A stretch of DNA of 64,000 nt. Source: Candidatus Ozemobacteraceae bacterium (GTDB taxonomy: Bacteria; Muiribacteriota; Ozemobacteria; Ozemobacterales; Ozemobacteraceae). Made by a program: the position numbers and the translations under genes. Shown here piece by piece: positions 1-10,593 of this stretch; position 1 is the first letter of the stretch, and every line of letters starts with the position of its first letter. The DNA lies in the NCBI GenBank assembly GCA_965140445.1, contig OZ223236.1:2496001-2560000 (forward strand). The letters are read 5' to 3'. The notes under the pieces were generated by a model that worked only from the letters and a program-made list of their open reading frames with translations, searched no databases and was not told the origin of the DNA.

Positions 1-257
1 TTAATTCCTCAAGGAGATATCGCATTCTATCTAAACTATAAGACCCCGTTCGTGGGCCTCTTTCAATTATCCAGTTAAGAACGTCATTTATTTTCATTAA
101 AAAACCCGATTTAAAGAATGATTTTACAACTAAAAGGCGCATTAAATATATCAGAAGGAGAACACCAAAAAAAGAAATTTATCTAAAATGCTATCAGATA
201 GGGTATTGAATTTGCCGAAGTGATTATGTACTCTGGAGTAATTAGGACGGTATTGAT

Positions 258-2687
258 ATGATTTTTCCTGAAGATAAAGATTTAAAAAACGGATTTGACC
301 CTGCGGAAGATGATGGGGGAGATGATTCGGAAACAATAACGCAAAAAGTCATTAGTTGGCTTTGGTTTTTTTTCAAACTGGGTTTTGCGCTTACTGTTGT
401 TGGAACCATTGTAATCACCGGAGCTGTGGTTGGTGCTTTAAAAGGATTTTCAGAAAGAATTCCAATTATTTCTGATAACTCTTATCGACCCAATTTGACC
501 ACACAGGTTTTTGATTCTAACGGAAAACTATTGGCAAAGCTTCACGCCGAAGAAAATAGAACCAGAATTCTCTCCAGCCAGGAAATCCCTAAAATTATGA
601 AGCAGGCGGTTGTTGCCATTGAAGATGAAAGGTTTTATCAACATTACGGTATCGATCTTATGGGTATCACCAGAGCGATGTTGAAGAATCTAAAGGCTGG
701 AAGAGTAGTGCAGGGAGCTTCAACATTAACTCAGCAACTTGTAAAAAATGCATTTTTAACAAGCGAGAAAACTTTAAAAAGAAAAGCAATCGAAGCTATG
801 ATGGCATTTCAGCTAGAACGTAAATACTCTAAGGATGAAATTCTGACTTTGTATTTGAATGAGATTTACTTTGGGCATGGAGCTTATGGTCTGGCAGCTG
901 CTTCAGAAATTTATTTCGACAAGGACCCAAAGGATCTGACACTTTCTGAATGTGCGATGCTTTCTGGTATTCCAAAAAGTCCAGTGGCTTTCTCCCCATT
1001 CAGAAATCCAGAAAACAATATGAGCAGAAGAAACCTTGTTTTATCGAAAATGGTAGAACTTGGCTTCATTACTCCGGCTCAATATGAGGCAGCCAAAAAG
1101 GAATGCCCTGTTTTGAGTCCATTAAAGAATCAGGATCCAAAAGCACCATATTTTGTGACTTACGTTCGTGATAAACTGCTGGAAAAATATGGGGCTAACC
1201 TAGTTTATAATGGCGGTTTAAAGGTATATACGACTTTAGACCTTGATTTGCAGAAATATGCCGAGGATGCGATGGCATCGTCTTCTCTTTTTGTTAAAAG
1301 ACCCATCGATAAGGACCCAAATTTAAATGGCTCATTGGTGAGTTTAAATCCCAAGAATGGTCACATTTTAGCAATGTATGGGGGAAGAAGCTTCAAACAA
1401 TCTCAATTTAACCGGGTTACTCAAGCGTATAGGCAACCTGGTTCTTCTTTTAAGCCCTTTGTTTATGCTTGTGCGCTTGAAAGCGGTATGCTTCCAAACG
1501 ATAAGCTTGTAGATGAATTCATCAGTTATACCAATCCCTGGACAAAGCAGGTTTGGTCGCCAAAAAACTATGACTTGAAATATCATGGGACTGTTACTTT
1601 AGTAAAAGCACTTTGCAAAAGCTTTAACATCCCGGCGGTCAAACTTATTGATAAATTGACTCCTGCAAAGGTAATTAGATTTGCCAGAAAACTTGGTATT
1701 ATGGCCCAAATGGAGCCCAACCTTTCCCTGGCATTGGGATCAGGCCAGTTTACTCCACTAGAGATGGCATCCGCATATGGGGTGTTTGCAAATCTAGGTG
1801 TTCATTGCAGACCGATTGCTATTACCAAAGTGTTAGACAGGGATGGAAATGTGTTGGAAGAAAACCTTCCTTATGCAAAAGAAGTTATGAAAGCAGTTAA
1901 TGCTTCAATGATTTGTGACATGCTTAAAACAGCAGTAGAAAGAGGAACTGGACGGCGCGCAAAGGTTAAAGGCCGAACTGTTGGTGGAAAAACAGGTACT
2001 ACAAATGACTATGTGGACGCCTGGTTTAATGGAATATCTCCGCATCTTGTTACTGTGGTGCAGTTTGGATATGACATGCCAAAATCTCTTGGACCAAAAA
2101 TGGCTGGAGGTTCCGTAGCTGGACCTGTTTGGAAAGCCTTTATGGAAAAAGCATTGGAACATTTCCCTGAAAAGGATTTTCCTGTTCCAGAGGGTGCTGT
2201 CAGATGTAGAATTTGTATGACATCTGGTAAATTATCATCAAGAAATTGTCCTGGTATCGAATGTGTTTATCAGGTTTTTCCTATCGAATCTCAGCCTTTA
2301 ACGGAATGTGAGCATTATATTGCAGTAGCTCAGGCAACTCCGGCTAACGATGATGCGGATGGATTCGCTGATGTCGCAACTGGTAGTTATATGCCTAATC
2401 CTGATTTCTTCCGAGGGGATTATCAGAATTCAGGCGCCCCACAATCCAGACCTGGTGTGACTTTGGTTAGCCCTCCGGCTCAAGCAGGAACAAGCACGCA
2501 GGGCCAGTGGTTACCAAAAAAGCAAAATGATGGACAGTATCTTAAAAAATGGGGAGCTGATCAGCAAATACCAGCTGATGCCTTCCTTGATGAGAGCATG
2601 GCCGACGTGCCCGCTACAGAACCCGGACGTGAACCGGGAGTAGTTATTTCTCCCCCTAAGATTAATTTCCAGAACGATTATCACTAA
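258..2687 (+). CDS. Class A penicillin-binding protein (PBP1A family)
   Basis: N-terminal TM helix; transglycosylase motifs EDERFYQHYG and GASTLTQQL; transpeptidase SSFK, SFN and KTG motifs. Confidence 0.95.
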   Translation: MIFPEDKDLKNGFDPAEDDGGDDSETITQKVISWLWFFFKLGFALTVVGTIVITGAVVGALKGFSERIPIISDNSYRPNLTTQVFDSNGKLLAKLHAEENRTRILSSQEIPKIMKQAVVAIEDERFYQHYGIDLMGITRAMLKNLKAGRVVQGASTLTQQLVKNAFLTSEKTLKRKAIEAMMAFQLERKYSKDEILTLYLNEIYFGHGAYGLAAASEIYFDKDPKDLTLSECAMLSGIPKSPVAFSPFRNPENNMSRRNLVLSKMVELGFITPAQYEAAKKECPVLSPLKNQDPKAPYFVTYVRDKLLEKYGANLVYNGGLKVYTTLDLDLQKYAEDAMASSSLFVKRPIDKDPNLNGSLVSLNPKNGHILAMYGGRSFKQSQFNRVTQAYRQPGSSFKPFVYACALESGMLPNDKLVDEFISYTNPWTKQVWSPKNYDLKYHGTVTLVKALCKSFNIPAVKLIDKLTPAKVIRFARKLGIMAQMEPNLSLALGSGQFTPLEMASAYGVFANLGVHCRPIAITKVLDRDGNVLEENLPYAKEVMKAVNASMICDMLKTAVERGTGRRAKVKGRTVGGKTGTTNDYVDAWFNGISPHLVTVVQFGYDMPKSLGPKMAGGSVAGPVWKAFMEKALEHFPEKDFPVPEGAVRCRICMTSGKLSSRNCPGIECVYQVFPIESQPLTECEHYIAVAQATPANDDADGFADVATGSYMPNPDFFRGDYQNSGAPQSRPGVTLVSPPAQAGTSTQGQWLPKKQNDGQYLKKWGADQQIPADAFLDESMADVPATEPGREPGVVISPPKINFQNDYH

Positions 2688-2711
2688 GAAAATTAAAGTT
2701 TTAAAGGATAT

Positions 2712-2754
2712 AAAACGCGACCTAAGAATCTCAACGTAGGTCGCGTTTTTTTTT
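2712..2754 (+). terminator. Intrinsic terminator after PBP1A
   Basis: AAAACGCGACCTA...TAGGTCGCGTTTT stem followed by a T run. Confidence 0.85.
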
Positions 2755-2966
2755 GTAAACAATATGGAATAGGTAAAAAGCAGGATTAAAAATGTTTGGA
2801 ACAAAATCATTTGTATTTTAAGCTTTTATGCAAAAAGGAAAGAACCCATTACGGTAAAAGGGGGGAGGGGCATTTGCTTTCAAAGTATTGTTTTCAGTTA
2901 TAAAATCTGAAACAAAGTGAAAAAGGTTTGCAAATATTCAAAACAAAATTGTAAATGACTGGAAAA

Positions 2967-3842
2967 CTAATTTCTTGGAGAAAGAGACGCGAAAGTTGAT
3001 AGTTTTGTTTTGGTTTCAGCTGCCAAAATAACGCTTTTTAAAAGGCCATGCAGCTCTTTTACTGTTAACCTGTCATGCATTCCCAACTCTTGAGAATTCC
3101 TGCAAATTGGCACTCCAATCAAAGTAAGAGCTTCAGCAGGAATGTTCAAATAATGAAACTTCGGAATGTCCTTAAAAGCAATTTGTCCGGAAAAATTTTT
3201 ATAGTCAAAACCAAATAAATCAGAGGTTAAGCTGAACAAAAATTGAGCAGCGGTGCCTCGAGAAAGATCTTTATTCATATTGGCTTCGGTATTTTGCAGA
3301 CCTGTGAGATATTTTGAAGATGATCCAAACTTATCCTGGTCCATAAATAAAACGCTATTAAGATGTTTAACAGCAATATTAGTTGCTAAGATCAAATCCT
3401 TTAAATTGGCTTTTCTTTCTAAATTTTGCGAACCTTGCCAATTATTTAATTCGAGTAGAGCATCAGTTGCAAAAAAGCCTCTTGATTCAATATCTGTCAT
3501 TGAAATTTGATGTGGAAGATCTGGAATAGAATTAAAATTCTCAGCCTGTTGGTGCATGCCCATTGAACCAAAAGCAAATGCGCTCATTATAAGGCCGAAA
3601 GAAAAGCCAGTAGCAAATTTTCTTGCTCTTGCCCGATTAAAAAAAGAAATCTTTGAATGGAACCATTTTTTTATTCTAAGGTTAAGGTTCATACCCCGAC
3701 CGCAGCCACCACAAAATTTGGCGTATGGAATGTTCTTGTGACCACATTCTGAGCAAGGCTCTCTAAGTGAATATCCACATTCAGGGCATTCACCTGTTGA
3801 ATTTAAATTGGCTTTTTCGCATCGAGGACAGTTCGAAAACAT
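2967..3842 (-). CDS. Double zinc-ribbon membrane protein
   Basis: Four N-terminal CxxC pairs followed by a hydrophobic helix. Confidence 0.7.
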   Translation of the reverse strand: MFSNCPRCEKANLNSTGECPECGYSLREPCSECGHKNIPYAKFCGGCGRGMNLNLRIKKWFHSKISFFNRARARKFATGFSFGLIMSAFAFGSMGMHQQAENFNSIPDLPHQISMTDIESRGFFATDALLELNNWQGSQNLERKANLKDLILATNIAVKHLNSVLFMDQDKFGSSSKYLTGLQNTEANMNKDLSRGTAAQFLFSLTSDLFGFDYKNFSGQIAFKDIPKFHYLNIPAEALTLIGVPICRNSQELGMHDRLTVKELHGLLKSVILAAETKTKLSTFASLSPRN

Positions 3843-3933
3843 AAAACTCTCTCAAATTAATCTGTATTCTATGTATCGACATCTTTTCAATTTTTCTAAA
3901 ATGAAATTCCCACCATTTCTGGTGGGAATTAAA

Positions 3934-4302
3934 TTAAAAATCGTCTTTTCTGGGTTTTTTAGGCGGCGGTGGGTCGTTTATTTCAACATCATCGTCTACG
4001 AAAACCTTTGGATATGATGGCCTTGGCGCTGGAGATGAATCTCTGTCATATCTTCTTGGGGCGCTGTTAGAAAACCTTCTTACTGGTTCTGGGCGCATAG
4101 GTAAAAGACTGATGTAAATAATCGATGATTTGTAAATTATTTCAACTTTATCTTTAAAAGAAAGGGAGATCGAAAATTGATCATATGCCTTAATTTTTCC
4201 GCGCAAAACGGTTCCGGTTTCGAGAACGACTTCAGCTTTCTGATGACGTTTTCTAGCCTGTGAAAGAAACAAGTTCTGGATTTGTGATTTATATTGAGAC
4301 AT
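3934..4302 (-). CDS. hfq: RNA chaperone Hfq with long disordered C-terminal tail
   Basis: IQNLFL...GTVLRGKIKAYDQFSI...IIYKSSI Sm1/Sm2 pattern; start placed at MSQYK behind a GGAGAG RBS. Confidence 0.85.
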   Translation of the reverse strand: MSQYKSQIQNLFLSQARKRHQKAEVVLETGTVLRGKIKAYDQFSISLSFKDKVEIIYKSSIIYISLLPMRPEPVRRFSNSAPRRYDRDSSPAPRPSYPKVFVDDDVEINDPPPPKKPRKDDF

Positions 4303-4375
4303 TGAACTCTCCGTTTGAGCTTTAAATCCTTTGTGTATGTTACATGGTTTTGAAAAAAAAAACAACTAAAGAAAG

Positions 4376-5059
4376 TTATTTCATTCCAGCAATAGCTTTA
4401 GTTTTTGTCTGAAGCTCTTGAAGGAGGGAATCAATTTTCTTGGCTTCCTGAGCAGAGTCTTCGGCGAGTTTTTTCATCTCCGATGCAACAACAGAAAATG
4501 CTCTCCCAGCTTCTCCAACACGGGCTGCTTCAATAGAGGCATTTAGGGAAAGAAGATTACTTTTTCGGGCAATTTTAGTAATTACTCGGATAACATCTTC
4601 CATCTGATTGGTTGAGACTTCAAGTTCTTTTAAATGGTCGTTTGTAGCTCTCAAACGCTCAGTGGTAAGTTTTAGGATCTGAAACGAAATTTCTGGTACG
4701 TCTGCCAGAAGTTGTCTAAAGTCATCCTTGGTAATAATTAAAAAGGAGGTTTCCTGAATGGTTGCGATAGAAGCAGAACGGGGCTGTTCATCAATAATGG
4801 CCATATCACCGATAACTGAGCCTTTGGCCAGAGAAACCAAAACAGAGTCCACGCCCGCCTTATTTCGTTTAAGGACGTTAACTTTTCCTGATTTAACAAT
4901 ATAAAGCGCGTCACCCTTATCCCCTTCTTTAAAAACCATAGTTTTAGCAGGGATATTTTGCTCAATTGTAATGGCAGAAAGATCAAGCAATGCTTTATCA
5001 GTTAGACTTCTGAAAAGCGTAACCTGTCTTAAAAATTGAATTTTATCTATTGATGACAT
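4376..5059 (-). CDS. Cyclic-nucleotide-binding domain fused to a short MCP signalling hairpin
   Basis: [17 protein letters not shown]...[13 protein letters not shown], then [33 protein letters not shown]. Confidence 0.9.
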   Translation of the reverse strand: MSSIDKIQFLRQVTLFRSLTDKALLDLSAITIEQNIPAKTMVFKEGDKGDALYIVKSGKVNVLKRNKAGVDSVLVSLAKGSVIGDMAIIDEQPRSASIATIQETSFLIITKDDFRQLLADVPEISFQILKLTTERLRATNDHLKELEVSTNQMEDVIRVITKIARKSNLLSLNASIEAARVGEAGRAFSVVASEMKKLAEDSAQEAKKIDSLLQELQTKTKAIAGMK

Positions 5060-5150
5060 TTTTTCTTCTTAGCTGATTTATTGATTTTAGATGTTACCAT
5101 CAGACAAAATTTGAGTCAATGCGCTTTTGCGGGAATTATTTTGCTGCTAA

Positions 5151-6209
5151 CTATTCTAGCTCAGAGTTTAGAAAAAATTCTTTTCCTACTTCCAGAACTT
5201 TTTGAGGATCTCTCTCTTCACACAAATCTCGTCTTAACCTTGCCGCTCCAGGGTGATTTCTTAAATAGCCAAATAAATGAACTCTAAATAATGGGACTGC
5301 CTTTGGACCCATTTCCATTAGCATATCCAATAGATGATGACGAAAAACCTTGTATTGAAATTCTGGGGAATCAGTTCCGGGATGCCCCAATAATTCTGTA
5401 AATATCCAGGGGCGTCCGACAATTCCACGTCCAAGCATGAAGCCATCGCAATCAGTCATTTCTTTTAAAGTTTTCAAATGCTGAATGCTGGAAATATCGC
5501 CATTGGCAATAAATGGAACTTTCTGGCAAATCTCTTTTATTCCGACAAGATGTTCCCATTGGGCGGTCCCAGCATAGCCCGCTTGCCTCGTTCTAGCATG
5601 AATTGTGATTGCATCCGAGCCTGAGTCTAAAAGAGTTTTTACAAAATCTTTTACATTAATTGTTGTTTCGCTCCATCCAATTCTACACTTTGTCGTTACG
5701 GGTAGCGAAACAGCAGCTTTAACTTTTTTCACTATCTGGGCTGCTAGATCAGGAGTCTTCATTAGCGCCGATCCAGCACCAGTTTTAACTACCTTCGGAA
5801 CTGGGCATCCCATATTAATGTCAATAATATCGCACACATTCATGGCTTCCACCCTTTTTGCCGCTTCTGCCATTAAATCAGGGTTTGAACCAAAAATCTG
5901 GACAGCATAAGGCCTGGTTTCGCCCTGAAACTCAATCATTCGTCTAGTTTGAATGCTGTCTACAGAAATAGCTTTAGCACTGGCAAGCTCTGAGACAATA
6001 AAGCCAACCCCCAGTCGAGAACAGAGCAATCTAAAAGAACCATCTGTAACACCAGCCATAGGTGCGAGAACAAGATTGTTTGGTAGCAGGACATTACCAA
6101 TTTTAATTGGTTTCACAAGCTCTTTGAGCTCATTTGTCCAAATTGAGGTTCGTAACTCCTGAGAAAAAGGAGATGCTGGAGATTCCAGCCATGGCAAATT
6201 GTTAAGCAT
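5151..6209 (-). CDS. dusB: tRNA-dihydrouridine synthase (DusB-like)
   Basis: LAPMAGVTD, DINMGCP, GAGSAL, HART and ANGDI motifs. Confidence 0.9.
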   Translation of the reverse strand: MLNNLPWLESPASPFSQELRTSIWTNELKELVKPIKIGNVLLPNNLVLAPMAGVTDGSFRLLCSRLGVGFIVSELASAKAISVDSIQTRRMIEFQGETRPYAVQIFGSNPDLMAEAAKRVEAMNVCDIIDINMGCPVPKVVKTGAGSALMKTPDLAAQIVKKVKAAVSLPVTTKCRIGWSETTINVKDFVKTLLDSGSDAITIHARTRQAGYAGTAQWEHLVGIKEICQKVPFIANGDISSIQHLKTLKEMTDCDGFMLGRGIVGRPWIFTELLGHPGTDSPEFQYKVFRHHLLDMLMEMGPKAVPLFRVHLFGYLRNHPGAARLRRDLCEERDPQKVLEVGKEFFLNSELE

Positions 6210-6220
6210 TGGCTTGCTTT

Positions 6221-8017
6221 CTATGACTCTCCAACAAGGGTGTCATTGTAAATGCATGAACAGTTTCTTCCACGATTTTTGCACTCGTAAAGAGCAATAT
6301 CAGCTTTTTTGATTAAAACATTCTTTTCACTGGCGTGATCCGGGAAGGTTGCAATTCCAAGGGAAATTGTAACCTTTAGAGCGTGATCCTGACCTGGGAA
6401 ATCAAAGGATTCAATCGTTTTTCTAAACCTTTCAGCTACTAACTGGGCACCTTTTGCATCAGTTTCAGGGAGAATTATTGCAAATTCTTCTCCACCATAT
6501 CTGGCAGGAATATCGACCGTATCTCTGACGGTGAGTTTAATTAATTTTGCTACTTCGATAAGAACTATATCGCCTTGCTGATGGCCATAAGTGTCATTAA
6601 ACTTTTTAAAATGATCGATATCAAACATTATTAGAGAACAGGCGGTATGATATCTTCTAGCTCTTACAACTTCTTCTTCTAATCTTGCCTGGAAGTATCT
6701 GTGGATAAACAATCTGGTTAAACCATCTGTAATTGCAAGTTCGTAAAGTCTTGCATGTTCAACTGCCATGGCTGCCTGCTGAGCAAGGGCCTCTAGAAGT
6801 CTTTGATCTTCTTCAGAGAAGCCTTCACCGTCTTGTTTATTTACTCCATTTATTACACCCGTAACTCTGTCTTTAATTTTTAAAGGAACAGAAATTAGAT
6901 TTTCAATAGAGTTTTCAAAGCCGGAAGTTTGGTCAAAGCTTTTGAAAAGGGGATCTTTATGCCCATCATTAACGATTATTGAATTTCCTGTTTTTAAAAC
7001 AGTCCCGGCAACACCTTCTCCAGACTTGATTTTAACGCTTGATTCAACCTTTTTAACATCTGTATTTGAATCGTTCAATCCAAAAACAATTTTTGTTTCA
7101 AGCTCTTCGGTTGAGGAAGAACTTTGTAGCATAATTGAACATCTTTCTGCTTTTATAGCAGTTACAGCCATTTCCAGGATTTGATTAATTAACTTATCAG
7201 TATCACTCTGGAAGTTCATTGCCTGGCTTGCTTTAAATAGAGTCTCGATTTCGAACATTTTTCTATCAAGAGCTTTATTGTTGGTTTCCAGAGTTGCTAA
7301 CATTTCATTAAATCTGTCAGCGAGGGTACCAATTTCATCGTTTGTTGGGGTTTTTATTCTATAACTTAAGTCACCGCCAGCAATAATTCTGGTTCCTTCA
7401 ATAAGGTTGTCTAAGCCTTTAGTGATGACGTTGGCAAGAACAATTGAAAGAATTATACCTGCAAGAAGTGCGATCATGGCAATGAGAATAATTCTTTTTC
7501 GGCTTGTTGCTTTTGCATCTGCCAGTCGGTCGAAGTTGAATCGAAGTATGACTGATCCAAATCTTGAAGTGCCAACTTTGATTGGAGCAACATAATCCAC
7601 GAAGTTCGGATCATCAGTTGGTAGTCGGGTAGGGGAATCAATTTCTTCAAGTTTAAGCTTTAGCGCTTCAGAAATGGAATCTGCTATTTTGGAGTTAGCG
7701 TCACCCCTTTGTCTATGAGCGAGATATTTGCCATCAATATCAAGGATTGAAATTTCATTAACATCCTGACCACCAGAAATAATTCTTTCAGTGTATGGTG
7801 TTAATGCACCGTATGATTGGCTTATTATGGGTTCCTGACAAGCAATAGCAAGCGTAGAGGAAAGCAACAGTCCTGATTGATCCATACTGGAGCTCAGAAG
7901 CGCTTCTTCTCTAAAGGAAGTATTTAAAGAGTTTAATAGAATTATTAAACCAACAAGTATTGCAATGCCAAAAATAAACTTATTTTTTAGCGATGATCTA
8001 GGCCCGTTCTCGCTCAT
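6221..8017 (-). CDS. Membrane diguanylate cyclase (periplasmic sensor-HAMP-GAF-GGDEF)
   Basis: Two TM helices; HAMP DEIGTLADRFNEM; GAF; DIDHFKKFNDTYGH and RYGGEEF. Confidence 0.95.
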   Translation of the reverse strand: MSENGPRSSLKNKFIFGIAILVGLIILLNSLNTSFREEALLSSSMDQSGLLLSSTLAIACQEPIISQSYGALTPYTERIISGGQDVNEISILDIDGKYLAHRQRGDANSKIADSISEALKLKLEEIDSPTRLPTDDPNFVDYVAPIKVGTSRFGSVILRFNFDRLADAKATSRKRIILIAMIALLAGIILSIVLANVITKGLDNLIEGTRIIAGGDLSYRIKTPTNDEIGTLADRFNEMLATLETNNKALDRKMFEIETLFKASQAMNFQSDTDKLINQILEMAVTAIKAERCSIMLQSSSSTEELETKIVFGLNDSNTDVKKVESSVKIKSGEGVAGTVLKTGNSIIVNDGHKDPLFKSFDQTSGFENSIENLISVPLKIKDRVTGVINGVNKQDGEGFSEEDQRLLEALAQQAAMAVEHARLYELAITDGLTRLFIHRYFQARLEEEVVRARRYHTACSLIMFDIDHFKKFNDTYGHQQGDIVLIEVAKLIKLTVRDTVDIPARYGGEEFAIILPETDAKGAQLVAERFRKTIESFDFPGQDHALKVTISLGIATFPDHASEKNVLIKKADIALYECKNRGRNCSCIYNDTLVGES

Positions 8018-8038
8018 TACTTAAATTTCTCTTCTTTT

Positions 8039-9007
8039 TTAATTTTTGTGCTTGTCCAAAAGATTGTGCACTTTTTCAATATAGTCATAATCTTCGTTTC
8101 TAGCTGGTAGGAAACCTTCTACGTCTGTTAAGTCTTTTAAGACTTCCTTCCCTTCAGGTTTGTTAACATTTAAATCAAGGAAAGCCTGTCGGATTTTTTC
8201 GATAAGGTCTGCTGGCAGGCTTTTTCTACAAACTATAGGTTCATTTGAAATTTCCTGGGTAGTAGCCAAAATTGTTAGTTCATTAATTTTGTCTTTATCT
8301 TTAAGTGTATTTACACGAGCATCATCGTAACAAGCTCCTGCATCATATTTGCCCAGCAAAACGTTAAGAACTGTCGCATCATGTTTGCCGAGGAAAGATG
8401 TTTCTGTAAAATCCTTGTCTGGATTTATGCCAGCTTCCAGGAGAAGAGCTTTCGGAAAGATGTATCCAGAAGCAGATTCTTTATCTACCCACGCAAATTT
8501 TTTGCCCTTCAGTTCACTAAGACTTCTAATTCCACTATCTTTTCGGGCAATGATGATTCCCTTGTATGAAGTTGTTCCAAAGCGTATAGGCTTAACGAGG
8601 AGCTGAACTTCACTTAGTTTTCTTGCTTCAACAGCTGACTGACTCGCAAGCCATGCAATATCAATTTCGCCCTTAACAAGCATATTCAAGATTCCATGAT
8701 AGTCTGGAGCCGTGCGTAATCTGGTTTGTTTTACACCAAGTTTCTTGGTTAAGTAATCAAGAAGCTTATTGTGTTTTGAAACCATTATGGTTGAATTTGT
8801 AAATGGAATTCTTCCAAGTTTCAAAATAGTGTTCTTATAGGCCGACCCAGACGAATCTGTTGTTTTATTCGTTACAACGGGGTTTGTAGGTGTTGGTGGT
8901 TTATTCTTTGGGGTTTCGCTACCGCCACAACCGATTAGCGAGGAGAAGAATACTGCAAAACCTAATAAACATATGCTGTGAAAAATCGCCTTCCTCATTG
9001 TGCTCAT
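8039..9007 (-). CDS. PhnD-family phosphate/phosphonate-binding lipoprotein
   Basis: Lipobox LIGC; ELKGKKFAWVDKESASGYIFP and GKHD motifs. Confidence 0.85.
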   Translation of the reverse strand: MSTMRKAIFHSICLLGFAVFFSSLIGCGGSETPKNKPPTPTNPVVTNKTTDSSGSAYKNTILKLGRIPFTNSTIMVSKHNKLLDYLTKKLGVKQTRLRTAPDYHGILNMLVKGEIDIAWLASQSAVEARKLSEVQLLVKPIRFGTTSYKGIIIARKDSGIRSLSELKGKKFAWVDKESASGYIFPKALLLEAGINPDKDFTETSFLGKHDATVLNVLLGKYDAGACYDDARVNTLKDKDKINELTILATTQEISNEPIVCRKSLPADLIEKIRQAFLDLNVNKPEGKEVLKDLTDVEGFLPARNEDYDYIEKVHNLLDKHKN

Positions 9008-9067
9008 ATCTCCCGTTTTCTGACTATTTTCATTATGTATACCATAAAAATATTTTTCTTTTCTAGT

Positions 9068-10441
9068 TTAATTCTTTGCTTCTTTTATTGGTAGATTTAG
9101 TTCAACTTGAATCTCTTTAGAGGAGGTTCTAACCAGAACGGTTAGATCAACAAGATCTTTTAATACCGTTAGATTTGTTATTGGTGGAACGCCTTTATCT
9201 CTCAAAAGTGGTGATTGAAGCAATCGTTGCAGTTGATAGTTAAAGTCTTTGAAGGTTATGCGCCAGTAACGCTGAACACCTTTGGGAATCTCCAGACTTA
9301 AATTTTTAGCGGAATCGCTATTTTTAAGAAAATTTAGTTCATCAGCCAGATTGTCCTTTGAAGTTGCAATGACCAGATGATCATTCATAATTCCTGCATA
9401 GGCTGCGTATTGTGGAAGGATAAAATAGCTAAGTTTAACCATCGGAAAAGGTTCTGTAAAGGTTTTTACGTAGACTCCAAGTTGAAGGCAAAGTTGTTTT
9501 AATTTATCCAATATTCCGATAAAACGTTTTGGAAACTTTATGGGGGCCACAATTCTCAGATCTGGAAGAGAGTTATCCCCGGATGGTTCAAAATCAAGAT
9601 AAATAATGCTTTGATCTGCTGCGTGAACAAGAATATCTCGTTGCAAGTCCAGACCTGCAGATGCAAGAAAACTTTCAACAATTTTGGTCTGTGGGATTTC
9701 TTCTAAATCTTGGTAGAAATTCTTTGAATGAATATATGGGTGAGTTTGGCAAAAGGTAAAAATATGGTTTGGATTGATAATATTTTTAAAATTTAGATCC
9801 TGGGAACTAAGTAAAGGTTTAAGCTCACTTGCAATAGAGCTTTCGTTTAGTTTCACATTTATTCTGAAACTGAAACCTTCATTTGAAAGCAGGCCCCCGA
9901 AAAGAATAAAATCGGATATACCTAGAAAAGGCAAAATCTGAGTTTTCATCTTTTCAATTTGCGCTGGTTTAAGCGTTGGATTTGTTTCCTGAAGTTTTAG
10001 TAACTTCTCAAGAGAAACTAAAAGGTTTTTACCTGAACAAACTCCAGAGAGTTTTATATGGCCTGTTGGCAGGTTTTCTGGAAACAGCTCTTTTATTTGT
10101 GCTAGATGGCTTTGCATCAATTTTGCGACAGCCTCTTTTTGGTTGTTTGTTAAATCTTTACGTGGACTTAAAAAATTAGAATCAGTTGCTACTTCTGCGG
10201 TAGAAAAATTACCCCATATGAGCGTTGTATCTTTAGTCGTCCAGTATTTATTTATAACTCTCCCAACTCTTCTTAAAAACTGTATGGGGACATTCCCTGG
10301 TTCTTCCAGAAATGAATTAGATTTTTCAAGTTTTAGGCCGTAAACAGGCTGTAAAAGTTCTTCTGAATATGCAAATTGAATACTGGAAAAAAGTAAAATA
10401 ATCAGAATGAGGTTGAACCTGAAGATTTTTCTTTTGGTCAT
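9068..10441 (-). CDS. Exported hypothetical protein
   Basis: 457-aa ORF with signal-peptide-like N-terminus. Confidence 0.65.
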   Translation of the reverse strand: MTKRKIFRFNLILIILLFSSIQFAYSEELLQPVYGLKLEKSNSFLEEPGNVPIQFLRRVGRVINKYWTTKDTTLIWGNFSTAEVATDSNFLSPRKDLTNNQKEAVAKLMQSHLAQIKELFPENLPTGHIKLSGVCSGKNLLVSLEKLLKLQETNPTLKPAQIEKMKTQILPFLGISDFILFGGLLSNEGFSFRINVKLNESSIASELKPLLSSQDLNFKNIINPNHIFTFCQTHPYIHSKNFYQDLEEIPQTKIVESFLASAGLDLQRDILVHAADQSIIYLDFEPSGDNSLPDLRIVAPIKFPKRFIGILDKLKQLCLQLGVYVKTFTEPFPMVKLSYFILPQYAAYAGIMNDHLVIATSKDNLADELNFLKNSDSAKNLSLEIPKGVQRYWRITFKDFNYQLQRLLQSPLLRDKGVPPITNLTVLKDLVDLTVLVRTSSKEIQVELNLPIKEAKN

Positions 10442-10593
10442 CTTTTTACTCTCTTAATTTTAAATTTCCCTGATTATAGCATATTAAAATAAACTTCTTT
10501 AACCTGAAGCTTCATTTGAAGAACAAATATTATTTATAATATGCTATGTATATAGAGTAGAATGAAGAAAATTCATATGATAACCGAAAATAA

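Noticed and set aside
1..25. Possible minus-strand CDS start (MRYLLEEL)
   Set aside because: Only eight codons visible; cannot be supported.
6700..6708. Perfect DnaA box TGTGGATAA
   Set aside because: Isolated and inside the DGC coding sequence; no cluster or trios.
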